The notes: generated by a model not told the origin, from the sequence alone. A DNA stretch of 64,000 bases from Chrysomallon squamiferum (GCA_012295275.1 CM022673.1:23188001-23252000), one strand, 5' to 3'; counted from the stretch's first letter, positions 43,881 to 60,380 are shown. Numbers and translations: made by a program.

Positions 43881-46724
43881 ATGGCAAATGTACGGCGATT
43901 CTGTTTGACTGGACGTCAGATTTTACAACATTTAAAACTTCAAAATAATCAGAATATAGCAAGGTTTGTATCTGAAGGTCTACAATAAGGATGGTATATC
44001 GTTAGAAAACATTTATGATTGCCGGCAAAAAGAAGGGCAAGGTTATTTGGTCACATTGGATTGTGCTTAAATTGCTTAAATTTATATTTTGTTCCGTTTG
44101 AAATGGATATATTTTATCATTATTTTGTTTTCATAATATTTGTATCACATAACATTATGTAATAATATTATTTTAAACAACTATCTAATACATTAAACAT
44201 CAATATGGATTTATTTTGATCGCCTTAATTGAGCAAAGCTCCCACGTTTCAATATCAATAATTGAATAAACGAAATAACACGTTTAATTAAAACCGGTAA
44301 ACTTATCCCCACCCTGTAAAAGAAAGAACAAAACAAAAAAATAAAACAAAAATAGAAATAAAAGTAAAAGAGAGTGGAAACAAATATGGTATAATTACAA
44401 TTGTTTATAAATTAATAAATAAAAAATATTATATATTTGTTTTGAATAACATTCCAACATACTAATTAATTCTTCCGACCCAATTCACCCATACTACATT
44501 GCCAGGTCAATAAACTTAAAGGTGGAATTTTTTATTTATGTTGTTTACTTACATATTTATCTGAAACCTGTTATGGTCAGATTTGTCGTATAAGTGGTTA
44601 CAAAAGACAGTTACAAAGATATTTTTAAAAAAATTCACATTTATACATAATAAGTAATATTTCATCTGTTTATATTTCAGACTCAGTTTTGTGTGTTCAA
44701 GCATTCGAGGCAAACACTTGTTATTACCAAATGATGTTCAGCTGATTACACAGTGTAGCTATTTCTTTTCACTTCCTAAAGTTAGTCCTTTCCCTTCCAA
44801 AAACTCAAAGAAACAGTCTTATGCAGAGAGGATGCTTATTGGGTAATTTTATTTAAAAAAATAGAAAATAATATATAAATATGTGTGTACACACACACAC
44901 ACACTGAAACATACATGCATAGGTATATATACTATGTATGTTTAAAATAATGATTTACAATTTGGAGCTAACAAACTGATTTTTTTTTTTTTTTTTTTTT
45001 TTTGATCAAAGCTACAATCTCTGTATGTTATTCCAGAGACATTTATACTGCATTGTCAGTTGTTTTAATAAGTCAATTGTACTGAGATACATTAAATCAT
45101 AACAATTTTTGATTTACAATTATGTGTTTTCATTGCATGATTCATCTGCATTTATATTTGATAAATAGAATACCTATTGAATTGAATCTGATATTAAAGG
45201 TTTATTTAGATACAAAACATTTGGCACTAAATGGTTTCTTCAGCATACATAATAATTTACTTAACCTTAGACAATGCAACATAAAATAACATCTTATTTT
45301 TATTCTTATTTTATTCAGATATTCCATGGATCAGATGTATGATGTGGTGTCTCAGGTAGAACACTATACTGAGTTTGTTCCTTGGTGTGTTGGGTCTACT
45401 GTCATTGAGAGGAGTCCAACCCATGGTAAAGCCAAATTAAAAATTGGCTTTCCACCACTGGTTGAAAGTTACACATCAAACCTAACACTTTCAAAGCCAA
45501 ATTTAGTTCGGGTGAGTTTTTCATTATCTTCAAATAATTTTTCTTTTTCTTTTCTTAAGGTAATCTGTAAGGATTGCTTTTCTTTTCCATTATGAGATTG
45601 TGAGATTGGTATATTTAAAAGTTTTCAGAGTTGCTATTTTGTATGTTAGAATCTATAAACTGCAAAACTAATTTACATATCATTCTGTATAATAATTTGA
45701 CTTTAATTGGATTGCATTTGTACAAGTCTAAGCATGATTAACACTGAACTGGAATATAGACACAGAAAATGACAGATCACAAGTTTAATTTTTCCCACTG
45801 CACCTATTGGACTATTTCAGATCAGTCAATTTCTGCAACAGGTTTATCAAAGGATATGGTATGTGTCTAAAGAAAGGTGTGTGTAAAGTCTTGATAGAAG
45901 TGGGTTTCTTTTCTTTTATTTGAAATCTTATAATTGTAGGTTAAAACTGTGTTTAATACATTGTTAAAATATATCTTCATGTTATTTCAGTCTGAATGTA
46001 CTGATGGTCGTTTATTTAATCAACTGCTAACAATATGGAAGTTTAGTCCTGGTCTCCCTGGTAACCCTCAGACATGCACTCTGGATTTCTCTGTAAATAT
46101 TTAATAATGTATTTTTCTTCAAAAATGTTTGTCTTTCTAAGACATATGGTTCCTAAAGCTGTATTTATACAAGAGTTTATAATATTTTGATTGTAATGAA
46201 TAAGTTTCAGTCCTGTTAGGTAATAAAATTAAAACTATATACTATTTGTCTAAAAAATAGTGCCATATTGTAATATTTATATGTAAATATCACCTTATAA
46301 AAATTATTTTTGTATAAAACAATAAATGTATTTTTAGTTTTATTTTATTAATCTAAACCAGTATTAAATTACGTTTTACAATAATTTTTTCTTTTCAGTT
46401 ACATTTTGATTAGTTTAGACATTATTTTGGAAGTACAGCTAATAATAATTTCTCTTTTCTTTTGTTTGTACAGGTTTATTTCCTCTAATTCATTCTTTTA
46501 TATCCATTTTTGTTAAATTTAACTAAATTTGTTTTATTATTTTATTTAATTTTTCACAGGTTGTGTTTGAATTTCGTTCAGTTCTCCATTCACAACTCTC
46601 TCACCTGTTTTTTGATGAAGTAGTGAAAACAATGGTCAATGCATTTTTAAAACGTGCAAAGAAACTTTATGGACCTCAATGCATCAAACCTCAAAAACTA
46701 AAAAGGACATCTGTCAATTCTTGA
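43881..46724 (+). CDS. COQ10: Coenzyme Q-binding protein COQ10 homolog, mitochondrial (START domain, ~234 aa, 5 coding exons)
   Basis: Exons 43881-43963, 44681-44842, 45319-45511, 45991-46092 and 46560-46724 are in phase. Motifs: [83 protein letters not shown]. The N-terminus is basic and acid-poor. Confidence 0.94.
45745..45970 (+). mobile_element. Possible decayed SINE-like repeat in COQ10 intron 3
   Basis: cctattggactatttc...ggtttatcaaaggatatggtatgtg resembles, from memory, a gastropod SINE body. Not verified. Confidence 0.3.
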
Positions 46725-49700
46725 TGGTGAAATTCAATAGAAAAGTTATATTTTTGTTTTATCTTTATCCATGGAAACAGTAAAGGGAAACATTAACAGT
46801 TATAACAGCCTGATCTTTCTTGTGAGGATGGTAGATTAACAACTAAACTTTTATTATTACAAAGACAATTTAATTTTAAGTTAAAAATATAATATTAATT
46901 ATTATATAGACTTAAACATGTTAAACGTGAAAAGCAGTACCAAAGGAAATTCAACAGAGAATGAAAGATTTTGTAGAATTTCCATACCTGACTAATTGTA
47001 TAGCTCAAATACCAAAATACTTTTTTCCTTATGAAACAGACAGGTATTTGTAGAAAATAACTTTAGTAATTGGTTTAGAATATTACTTGATCCACGTTTA
47101 AAAAAGCATCTAAAAATCGAGAAAGATTTTGTTTGTGTAAGGTATATGTAAAACAAACAGCAAATATGAGGCATATTATCTGGAGTTAATTGCAAAGAAA
47201 GCAAACATAAAACCTCAGAACAAACAAATGTTCTGCAGTTATCTTGTGTTATATTTTTTACCTATCTCATGATGTGTTTTCAAAGATAGAACACAATAAT
47301 AGAGATAGTGTCACATGTGCATTAATCTTGATTAATAATGAAGTGGAAACTAGATATGATTTGGAAATGAAAATAAATACTTTTCTTGCATCTTATTCAA
47401 GCAACAAATTATCTCAGTGCTTTGAACATTTTATTAAAGTTGCATTAATTTTAAATTGATATCTAAGAGGTTTTTTTCATAAGATATGTAGTTTGTTACA
47501 TAATTCAGGCTAAAAATCAGTCTGTTTTGGAAATTCTACAAACTGGAATGAAAGTAATTTATTAGCTTGTTGGTGTATAACAGGTTTAAAAAAAAATGTT
47601 TTACAGTTCGTTTGATTGTATTTGTGTTCGCACAATTTTATTATAATGTTTTGTTTTATATTTTAATGATGTTCTGCACATATAACATGCAGATAATTTT
47701 TAGTTTGGTGCATTTCAGTTTGTTAGATATTACTTATTTTAACATATGTTAAAATTTTAACAAAAATCAGGATCAGTTACAACTGGTAACACAAGTCATA
47801 TTTTCAAAATAAAAGTGCTTTTCTTTTTTTCTTTCTCTGCACTTATAGCAGTTACATTTTTATATTCCAAATTAAAATATATTTGTTACATAAAATGTGT
47901 TCATATTTTCTTTTCTTTAACATGTTTTTTAATGTGTCATTTGATATATGATTTGAAAACAGACTTCAGGAAATAAAAAGAATGGTAATAAAGCAGAAGA
48001 AGATGTCAAAGACTGGCATTTCTTAGTGTTTTTTTACAACTGTTTTTTAGTGACATTTAATGCTCACAATGCAGAAAAAAATCATAGACTGAATTGCGTA
48101 TCATGAAATATCTAAATCTTCATATATTCAAAAGTCATGTTTTATAACTAATGAAAGATGGTATGTGAAATAAAATAACAAAACGAACTAAATAACAACT
48201 TTTATTTTATTTTAGAATGTTGTTTTATATAATAATGACTTTAACAACAAGCATTGCACACAGTAAGTAAATGATCAGTTCTTGTAATAGGTAAACAAAA
48301 ATTATTGACAAGAAAAAAGTAATAAATCACATATTCATAACAAGCAATATATAATTATACAATATATTATTCCTATATAATTATATACTACTTCTTTTAT
48401 TACAGTACATTAAACATTCAAAAAATAAAATATTTTTTAATCAATCATCAAAACGATGTAAAGGATTATCAGTTTATAATTGTCAAAAAGGAAACAGTGC
48501 ATAAAAAGAATACATACTACTGACACGAACAACAAAAAATGTAGCATAATATTACAAAAATAAAATCGATTTGTGATATACATGTATTTTAAAGTAGTAC
48601 TCAAAATCAGCTTGTTTTTAAAAATGAATAATAAACATTGGAATATTGAGAAAAGCTTCTTAAAATTTAAAAGATTTAACAGATTTCCATTGATTATGAA
48701 GGACACAGTGAAACATTTGAAAAAATATATAAAAAATGCATAAATGTATCAACAATAAGAGAATTTATAAATAAAATGTTTTGAGTTCTATTTCATTTTG
48801 TTTTGTGGAATATATCAGTTCTTTCTTATAATAAATTATTATTTGAATTTTAAAAAAGTATTATTATTATTTTAATATTCTGTTAAATAGAATTATTTAA
48901 ATGAATGTATTATTGAAGAACAAAGCAGTATTCAGATAACAGAAACACTGTAAACCTGAGCACAAAATTGTTTACCTTTTTAATGAATACAAATGGCCTA
49001 AACAAACTTTGTATACTTCCAAATAATAGTTTTATTTGTTCCTTGCGACCAGTTTTTGTAGTTAATACAGGATAAAAAATTAATTTTCCCTTTACTACTA
49101 TATTATAAGTTATGTCATATTTTATTACCAAAAATAACAAACAGGTTACAAGAACAAAGAAAAATGTCAGCCTCCATTAAGTCTGTTGAGATATTTTCTT
49201 TGTTAACAAAGCTTGGTCTTGAGAAACAAAATGCTCACTTAGAATTATACAAAATATGTTTAGCCTGTTTATACGACCACATGTAAACTTATCACAGTCA
49301 ATAAATTGGAGATCATTATGTTTATAACTTTATGTCTGTATGAGATCATTTTAGTGTGTTTGTGTGAAAAAAAGAAAGAATATTAATATCAAGATTTTAC
49401 TTTCTTATTTTGTTTTGTTTTTTGTTTTTCTTTTTAGTAAAACCACTGAAGCCAAAATATACTACTACTACAACTAGTAATAATAATAATAATAATAATA
49501 ATAATTGTTAAAATGAAAAAAAATAAAGTAAACATAGATATGTTTGAAAGAAGATGTAGACTTGGTTAAGTTAAAATAATATCAAATCTAATTTCCCAAA
49601 TCTTCATAATCAGAGTAATAATCCATTAGACATTTACATTTATTGTATTATTATATCCTTGACATAACAGACATATATAAACAAACAACACAGAAATTTA

Positions 49701-51777
49701 TCATAATGTTTATAATTAAAAGTGTATAATTTTAAAATAAACCTTAAAAATAAAAAAAAAAAAAAAAAAAAAACACTTCAAAAACACCCGAAATGAAGCA
49801 CTAAAACATCCCAACAACAATAATTTGACAAGAAATTTAATTTTTAAGCTTAGGCAAACATGAGTAAGATTATAACATTAATTCTTGTCCTTTTATGTGC
49901 AAACTATTTAATAATAAATAGCCTACTGTATTTAATAATAAATAGCCTCCAGGTTTCTTAGCAGTCAAGTAAATTTCATATTCTTTGTACTTAATAGTTT
50001 AAGCATAGCATGCTGCATTATTAAACATGTATAAAAAAATTGTAATCTAGAATATCACATTAATAACACTAAAAGTGAATAATCAATAACCATGTCATGC
50101 ATAAATACAATCATGATATTTGAAATGAAACAATAAAATTGTTCTTTCATGCACTAACAATCAGAACAATTATTATTATTATTATTATTTTTTATTTTTA
50201 TTTTTTCTTATTTTCAGTCTTTTTTACAATGGAAGCAATAACATTCATCAGCATTCATTTATTAATGTGCCCATAGATACTAAGTTAATAAACACATCCA
50301 ACAATTAAAAAGAGACCAGTTGTATTATATAACAAGTGCACTTTCAAGATTTTTAATCAAATATACAGATATTAAAATTTTAAAAACACCTCAGTTCTCT
50401 TAATATTAATGAATTATTGTATGTGTTATAATAAGGATGAGGAACAAAAATCAAGAATATTATTGTGAACTCAAAAATGAAGGGAAATAACTCCAAATAC
50501 AATATCATGCATCAGGTGCTGAATAAATAAACAACAATATTTACCATTTTTGTATCATATGGATATTTGGATTCCATCAAAATTTCATAATTATTTAGGA
50601 TTTCATTTCTACCTTGACATTATCTTCAAAATTAATTAGACTTTTTTTGGTTGGAATCAGTAATAAAATACAGAAAAAAGTTTACAAATAGCTGAACAGA
50701 AATAGAAATAAAAAGCAGTAACAAATTAACAAAAATTTTTGTCTCCAAGTACAACAGAGTAACAAAACCTGGAGGAAAAGAAACAGAAAATAATTACACA
50801 CATTTTTCAACTGATATATTCAATACAATATTTGGTATGCATTTTTTTTATGCACATATTTAATTTTTGAAATTTATATTTATATTCACAGCAAGTTATG
50901 ATTAAAATAAATAGTTATTTATTAATTAATGATGTATTAAAAGTTATTATAAGACATTCACCGATTACTAATCCATTTTAACTGACACTATCATTAAGCA
51001 GTCAGTATTTGAATATTCTATTCTCTAGTGCATTCTAAGAAGCAGTTCTTTAATCTTTTTTGTTTCCATGTAATAAATGTACATGTAAAGCTATAAATAA
51101 ATTAGTTAAAGTTTTCTCAATTTTCTCTGTTATGTACCAAGTGAGTTAAAGACTAATCTCATTCCATTAAGCCTGTATAATTCAGTGGGTTTATAGAAGT
51201 ATGCTTTGCCACCAAATATTATCTATACAGTGGATTTTAGGATTGAGTAATTAGTTATTACATCCCTATAATCAAAGAAAATTACACTTGCAGTAAATAT
51301 CTGTGCAGTTAGTTAAAAATATGCTCCCAATAAATCATCTCTGCAGCCAGTTAAAAATATTCTGTTCATAGTATGTCCTACATATTACAGACTTTTCCCC
51401 AATAACAAATAACAACCCTCCCAAATGTGTCTATGCAATGAATTAAATAATTTTCTCCCATTAACATTATCTATGCACACTATATCAGTAAATCCACAGG
51501 CTGAAATCATAAAGTACTCTGCTAAAAAAAATTGTTGAATTAAAGAATACTCTTTCAGTAAATGTATATCTGGTAAATTACAGATGACTGTCTCAATATA
51601 CATATCTCAGTGACATACTGGAACAAGTTTCCCATTAAATCTACCTTAGAATATATCTATCCAGCAGAATTTAGGATAAGATGCTGCACATAAATCTTTC
51701 TGTCCAGTGAACTGTATCATAATACAATATCCAATCTTGATATGTTCTCTATTTTTAATCCTTTGTTTTTTTTGTTT

Positions 51778-52769
51778 TTAGGTTGGGAAGTGAGAATGAA
51801 GATTAGAAGCAAAATTAGTTTTGTTGTCAGAGATCCAGTGAATGGACATATTGTCACTTCTCAGACAATATGGCATCTCCTGCCCATGACTACAACTCAG
51901 ACCCTTTGCCACATTGACCATGGCCATAATGAACCCAATGACACATACACAGACACCAAACAAAGCTACAAAGATAGGTCCAATGTTTCCTCTTGAGAGG
52001 AAAGCCTCTTGACGTAAACGAATAACACTGAGAGCTGGTATCATGTAGGCCAGTGGAGCAGCAGCAATAGTCCCCTGAAACACACAGAATTCGAAATAAA
52101 AGAATACTGAAGATGATAATGTAATAGTTGCAGTACTGTAGCAATAATAATTGTAATAATGATGATTATAATGTCAGTATTACAACTACTTATAATAATA
52201 ATAAGGATAAAATGACAATATTGATGATTTTATTGATCTTGCATCACAGTACTCTGGAATATTTTTTTTATTTTAATCATATGCTATTAAAAATTAATTT
52301 ATAAAACTGATCATCTGTATCAATATATTTATTAATTTTTAACTTACATTTAGTTCCAGTACTATTCCTAGACAGTCAGTTGCCATGGACACAGCAGCAG
52401 TTAGAAATACAATGAGAAGTGTAACAGTGACATGTCGCCACATAGGTGGTTCTGTGTTTGCTGGGAACATTGCATTTTCTATAACCTGGAGAAAAGAAAG
52501 TAATGTTATTTTACTGGAAAAATTCTATGTATTTATTTTTGTTATTATTACCATTTTCTTTTTCAATAAATTTTTAAAAATCTTTTCATGGTCATAATTT
52601 GTAAATTGTTTTCAATCTTTTTAATAATAATGAAATTAAGAACTAATCCAGTCTGAGTTAGTTTCAAAACAGATGAAAAAAAAAGAAGAAGAATACCATG
52701 AATGACTAACTGACAATAACAATAACAGTAACAGTAACATTTAAAAATGATAGTTATTATAGCAACCAG

Positions 52770-52804
<35 letters not shown>

Positions 52805-55800
52805 ACAAAATTTCACATACATCTCTGGTGACAAAGCACTCAACAGGATAGGTGAGTGTGATGGTGACAGCAAACATTAACCTGGCCACATTCATTAGAA
52901 CGTCACTTCTACAGTAATTCTCTAGCAGATCACCTATACAAACATAGACAGTGAGAAAATCAATTACAAACACGCAGAAAAACCTGATCTTAATGAATGA
53001 AAGAATAACAAAAATATATGGAAGAAGGAATTAATAATATAATGAATTAATTAATTAATTAATGGGGAAAAACACAGATTTAATAAAGGAATGAAGTTAA
53101 GAAGAAAGAAATAAATTAATGCAAAATAAAGAATTTTTAATTAATATATTGTTAGGTTTATCACAATAGTAATTATTATAAAGATGGGTAACTTATTTTT
53201 TCTATCCATTATGTGGGTTTTTATTATAATGTTTGCTAAGCTTTTGTCAGAAAATTATTAAGTAAACATGAGATGAATACATTTCGAGTAAGCAGTGATG
53301 AAATGTTAATGTTAGTATGTTAGAAGGGAGACATACATTTCTCATAGTTGCTCCAACTAACATTTGTGAAATTTCTCTCAATACACATCTTTTGTATAAA
53401 CAATTCATTATGTAAAACTAAGAATGACTCTTTCATTGATCACATGATTTTGTTCAAATGTACATGTCATTTTGTTTTACAGGCAATTCTTACAAAACAA
53501 ATATTTATCTTGGCTTTCAGTAACAGTACAAACTTGAAAATCAGTAGTTTTTCTTGAAAGAACAAACCTTGTGTGAGCCCAGTAAAGGACACAAATCCCA
53601 CAATTCCAAGCACCAGGCACATAATCATAGCAAACAGGACACTGAAGTGAGTAACGAACCCCCATCGTTCATGGGTGGGGTTCTCCAAGGAGGAGTGAAT
53701 CAGGAAAGTGTTGTGGTGGCACATGTAGGCTGTAAAAAGGAAAACAAACAAACAAACAAACAAACAAATAAATGATTGAATATTTAACAAGATAACAAGT
53801 GATTTTAGTTTTTAATTGATTATTATTACTTCAAGGCTTACTCTAAATGTAAATTCTAATTTTAATAAAGTAAATAAAGTTTTGATAAGAATTTACAAAT
53901 TCATCAAATTTTTGAAAAGACCCTGATTGTTTTAATCTAATGTGAACTAATTTTGCTGACCCAGCCTTTCTATTGCATTCTACAAATCAAATAAACTTTA
54001 ACAAAAGGTTGCCAAGTCAAGCAGTACAATTCTTTGTGACAATATTTACAAATTCTTTGCCATATCAGCCATATTTATAACAAATACTTACCAAAAGCCA
54101 TGATTGCAATAGCTTGTGTTATATTCACATTGGCAAACTGCCAGGCATCTGGTGTTGGTGGGCTAAAATAGTTGAAACAATTTATGGTTGGAAAGATACA
54201 GAAATTGAGGAAGGAAAATACAGAGAGATATTAAAATTAGATATTTCATGTATTTATTAAAAAAAAAACTTTATAAATATTTCTGTGTGTTTATGTGTTA
54301 TTTTTATACAATTTGGGTTTTTGTTGTTGTTTTTTTATTTGTTTATTGATTTGTAATCTATAATAATGTAATTCAGTTATTATTATTATTTGCGATTTTA
54401 TATTTATTTTGTTTGTGCCCCTCATAACCAAGATCCACAATAATAATAGATTTCTTTCAATACTGTTAACTTTCACTGTTTTAAAATTTCAGACTGCTGT
54501 ACCAGACTGCACATGCATTTTAATTACATTCTCATTACACCTTATTCATAACCCACAGACCAATACTATACAGTTCTTAACAACCCATTAACCACTGTAT
54601 GGTGAATTAATCAGTTTAAAGTGGAGCCAGTCATAGCCAGGGAATGAGCATCAGTATGGTCCCAGCCTTACCAAACCCAAGAGATAAGGAAGTGATTAGA
54701 AAGAAAAGGAAACAAGATTGCACACACAATGAACTGGTCCAAATGGATCCCGTCAGAACAGATATTGAATCGTGACCAGCCATAAGAAACAGATTAAGGA
54801 AACGTGCTCTTTGTTAAGTTGAGATACACTTCAAGTGAAGACCAAATGGAGAGACAAGCAGACAGTAATTTTTGTACTTGTGACAGCAGTAGATGGTAAG
54901 GAAGGATAGTAACTGTCAGTGGAGGTAACTGCAGGCTGTGACACTGGCAGATGTAACTGAGAGACACAGAATGTTAACTATCACTTGTACAACATTAACT
55001 GGTGATATTTAAATCACAGGTGACAATTAGCTGATTGTAACTGTCAGACAGATGAGATTAGCAGAACGTAGTCAGATTTGTGCTATAAAAAATTACTGTA
55101 GCAAATGTGTGTTATACATTTCATGATTTGGTGTTGATACCTCTATACTTACATGTCTTTGGCAAAAATGGCAAGTTTGACTATTATACTGATCAGAATA
55201 AATATTATCAACAGAATAGAGAGAAAAGCCCACTGCAAAATAAAAATACATCAAATTAGTTATATATATTATTATAATGATCATCTTTCATTATATTATT
55301 CTTTCAGAGTCAGTTTCTATGTTATTTTATACAGTTTACAGAACAAATTTATTTAAATTGGTGCTTATATTTTGAAAAAATCCTACCTACAATACAAAAC
55401 TTCCTATAATTAAAGTCATTTTTGCATATAAAAGACAATATTGTATCTTTGCCAAGAACGTCTTTAACACACACAAATATAGTGTAGGACAGTTTTATAA
55501 CAGTGAACAACCAATTCATTTTTGATAAGAACACAAACACAATCCAGACAGAAACATGTCTGACATTGGTCATTTTGAATTTAATTAACATTTGGCCTTT
55601 AAGTTATTGCATCAGGAAAGCCATGTCCCAAAACTGATAAAAATAACATCAATTACCTCCTGCCATTTGCTAACATTAATAATTTAACAAGTTTAAATAC
55701 ACTGATGTTCTGCCATTTCACTGATTAAATATTTTTTAATCTTTTAAATTTTATTTCTGTAAGAAGGAGAGGTAAAGGTAATGATAATTTTATATATATT

Positions 55801-58800
55801 TTTAAAATATTTATATATATATATTATTTATTTATCATCTCAAACAATACCATCAACATGTATCAATATAATTATATTTTGTTTTTATCACAGAGCAAGT
55901 CATTTAGACTCAAACTATTTCTAGTGTGGTGTTCCAACTTGTAACAACAGTAAGGTCATTTTAGAATATTTCTGTCTTAACTGATGAAATCTTCAGACTA
56001 AACACTCGTTAAAATGCTCTTCGCTCTGAAGATTTGTCTGGAGATGATGGGTTGTGTTGTTTTATCAAACAACTTTACAATGTACAGAAAACTAAAATAT
56101 GTCAATGATACTATATCTAGAACAAAGAAGCAGACATTATTTTAGGTCAAAAAAAAAAAAAAAAAATAGATTAAAGAGGTTTAGTGATATGAAAACAGCC
56201 ATGAAAAAAGTTTAAGATTTTGAAAATGCTTACATTCTGAAAACAACAGAGAATGAAAGAAGATGTAATAAAGCTCAATACCCCTTCCAAAGTAGTAATC
56301 CTACAAAATAACCTTTTATTTGTTACTTATTTATATTGTATCCTATTACATTTTATTATGGTTTTGTCTAAATGAACCAACTCACCTTCCCCAGCCTAGC
56401 AATATTTTTATACAGTGACAAAGGTAGAGTGATGAGTAGGGTAGACAAAAAGATGATGAACTGACGATTGCCCAGCACAGAATGAACTATAGTCTCACCT
56501 GAAATATAAACAGGTTTTAAAAAATTATTTTATAATTATGCAAATATACGAAAAAGGTGACAGATAACTGAATAAAGTAAGAACAATCAATAGGCAATCA
56601 TCTTTTCATATCTGACTTCATCATCATGGCAAAGCAGCCATATCAACAAAGCGAAAAGATGTTAAACTATTTTTATACAAAATATGACATGATGAATGGT
56701 AAAACATAGGAAAATTTAAAAAACAAAATGTCAGTGTCATTGCTGTTTGTGGATTATCTATATTCTAATCCTACTTTTTTATTTAGAAAAAGCCTTTCTT
56801 AAGAGCCAAATAAAACAATCAGCTGAAGATAAACAGGTTTATTTTGAAACAGTCTGCCACTTTATTCCCCTTTTTTTGTTCTTTCTACATGAATAAATTG
56901 ATACATAAAGGTCAACAGCCGATAACTGGTAAACAGAATTGTTTATCAGTATTAGATGTGCTGCTCAAGTGATTAAGCTCTTCTTTTTTTTGCACTTTTT
57001 ATTTGGCTAACAAGAAGAACCCACTCTTTGTTTCTACATTTAGAGTTTTTATCAATAGGATTAATTGTGTAGGAGTGAATTTTACCCAGATAAGGCCAAA
57101 TCATTGCAAAACAATTAACTATTACCAGGCTTCATTTATTTTTTATTTCTGTCAGTGATATCCATTAGAGTGTAATGGCTGCTCAGGGCTAAAAAGATAG
57201 CAACTAGGGATAATTAATGTTAGGACGCTGTCCACTTTAAGAACAATCAGATGTCTTAAGTGCTGCAATAACCTTGAGGCTAATACTGCACAGAAACAAA
57301 TTAATGTAATGTAAAATGTTGTTTGTTCAAGCATGTTTGTTGTGGCCAGGTGGTGTTTCTTTTTTTCTTCCATTTTTATTACTATTGTTATTATTGTTGT
57401 CATTGTTATACAATTATTACTGTAATGATAATGATGATGATGGGATGATGGTTTGCTAGATAACTTTATAAGACTGATTTAATTCATTGTTGATATCATT
57501 TCTAAATGTAAGTGTTTTACAAGCCTATTCCATTAATGAGCATTATTATTAATATTATTATTATTTTTTCTATCATCAAGTGAATTTGAGAAGAACATAT
57601 CTAGAATAAGACAAAACAACGATACTGAACAATAAATTAGCAGAAATATATTTCAGTTGAAATATTTAATTTTTTTTTTAATAACATCTTAATCCATTTA
57701 AAATTAATGGCAACTTGCTGTCAAACATGTTCGTGTGTGTGTTGTAGGGTATTTATTTATTTATTTATTTAATTTCATTTTATTTTTGTTATAGCAGAGG
57801 GTTATGAACAGTGTGAGCTCCACTTTTTAATTAGAAGCAACTGTACTTTTATAGGCTTCATATATAGAAAAAAATGTTCTATACTTTTTAATGAGCCAAC
57901 ATGGGGCATTGCCTAGAATGGGAAAATAAGCAAAGAATGAACTGATGAGGATGGACCTTTCGACATGTTACACTTCAGACATAAAGGTTAACCATTAGGC
58001 TACAGCTCTTTCACACATTTCACAAGAGAATCAATCAATAAGCTACATTTCATAGTAATTATAATACCATTAATTTTAAACATTAACATGAAAAAATTTC
58101 TATTAGATAATAATTTTGACATTCTAAATTAAAAAACTTTCCATCTACTTTTAAAAAAAATGGCTGAAACTGATATGTTATTAACTGACAGAATTAGAAT
58201 TAGAATCTTTTTCTTCTGTTACTGAACTAATGGATTCATAGTGGCATTTAGATGTACTTAAATACCAGTGAACTTCTCAAAAAATCAATCCACAGGATCT
58301 GGATTTTGATAAATTGTAAGCATAACTGACAAAACAGAAATATTAATTATTGATGTGTTGTAAAGGTCAAGTGATTATTTTGCTTATAATTAACTATAAA
58401 GTACTTGAAAATTTTGCTTTATCTTAGAAATTAATCTTGTGTCTTTAGAAATTTGATATTAAAAAAGAAAAACAAAAGAAAATTATTATTAAAATTATTA
58501 ATACATGATGCTCATGAATTAATAATAAGTGTTTATTTCATATCATTAAATATGCTTTTATAGAAAAATATTTTTAAAATGAAAACTGTAAATGTAATCA
58601 CTAACGTCAATAAAAAATGTTAAATTTTTCAGAGATATATCTGTAACATTATTTTTTCAAAAATCTTCAAAACTGCATTATCCCTGTATGCATAACTCTT
58701 TCATTTATTTTAATTGGTTATTAACTGGATTTAGTTTGGAAATTTTAGAAAAATGGTGATGTACAATATTTATGATTGCAGTACTTTAGAAGCTGCAAAA

Positions 58801-60380
58801 AGAATAAAAACAACTCATTTGAATTCAAACAACATTAAAACATAAATAAATCACTGGGTTTCTAAATTGAAATTTTATTTTATTTATTATTTAAATTTTA
58901 ACAATTATAAGCATTAATATTTTATAACACTACTGTTTCAATGATTTCAGGAGATATAATTTACTGTCATTTTTGTCAGTGTTTTTGGGGTTTTTTTTTT
59001 CTTTTCTTAATCATTTTCATTTTATCTTTAACTATGTTTTTGCTGTTGTTGATTTTTTCTTTCCATCTGCTATGATCAGAAAACAATATGCAAAGAATTC
59101 TTGTACCAGTATAATTGACTGTGTATGCAATAGAAATCTGTATACTTACGCTCTCCAGCAACCCAAAGAACAAATTTTGTAACAGTATCACCAATGATCA
59201 CATTATAGCTAACCATTGCTGAAAATAAATAAATTAATTAAAAAATGAACATTATAAAGAGAAAATAGTTAAAAATGTAAACAACAATAATAATAATGTT
59301 CATTAATAATTTTTTCATAATAGAAACATGTAAAAGTTAAGTAAAGAAAAGAAAATATAATAATTATTAAATGACATATTTGCATGTCGTCCTAAAAGAT
59401 ATTACACTGAAACATTTTCTTTAGAATTTTGTTACAGATGATTAATTACTTAGTAATTTGGCTAAATTAAACCTTTTTCTGAAACAACAAGAACAATCAA
59501 TTTAGACAATTTAAAAATATACAATGCACATATAGCTAATTTCTGTACAGCTAGAATTAGTAACCTTTCTTTCTTAAAATGACTGATATAAATGAATGAG
59601 GAAATAATTGTTTAGTTGTATTTATATAGCAACATTAGTTTATTGATATGAAAAGTAAATTTTCATCTGTTTTCAAAGAAAACTACCTTTAGCCATTTTA
59701 TTTAATTATGAAATTTTGCAAGACAAAATGGCTGCTTATATTAAAATGTATGCCAGTATTTTATTTAATCTCTTTGTTTTCCTTTCTTGGAATATATGCA
59801 GGGGACTGATCTTCACATCTGATCAGCTTGAGAGTTATCAACTACTCATTAATTTCTATTTTCTCTTGTTCACTTATACAACGCCTTCAACTGGCTTAGC
59901 TGTGAACATCTTATAGTTAGAAATTGCTCTGGTGTTTTGTGATTGACATTACTTTTCAAGGCTGGAACTATTTTTGTATTTCATTTAGTTTGTATCTCAG
60001 TATATGCCATTCATTCTTTCAGTGGAATCAGTTCTATCAACCTTTTATACTAAATCCCATTTTCCTATAATCTTCTTTTTTCTGTGGATAATTTGGTTTA
60101 ATAATAACAGTTTTATGTCACAAAGAGACAACTAAATCTTTAGATATGAAAAAAAAAGAAGAAGAAGAAAAACAATGAAACCAACAAAAACAAAACTGGT
60201 AATTCAGAAAAAAGAAGAAGAAAAAGTCCCCAGAAAAGTTTTAAGTAAGAGGAAAACCCCCAGAAGAAGTCAGTGTAATATTTAGATATTAAGACAACTT
60301 GTATAGATTTGACTATTCACCTTCTTGTATTGTTATTCTCTTTTCGATGTATGTGTAAATGTTGTTAATTCACTTTCTGT

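Noticed and set aside
58256-58280. Single partial match to the 42-bp unit (aataccagtgaacttctca)
   Set aside because: Too short, and it has no flanking element homology.
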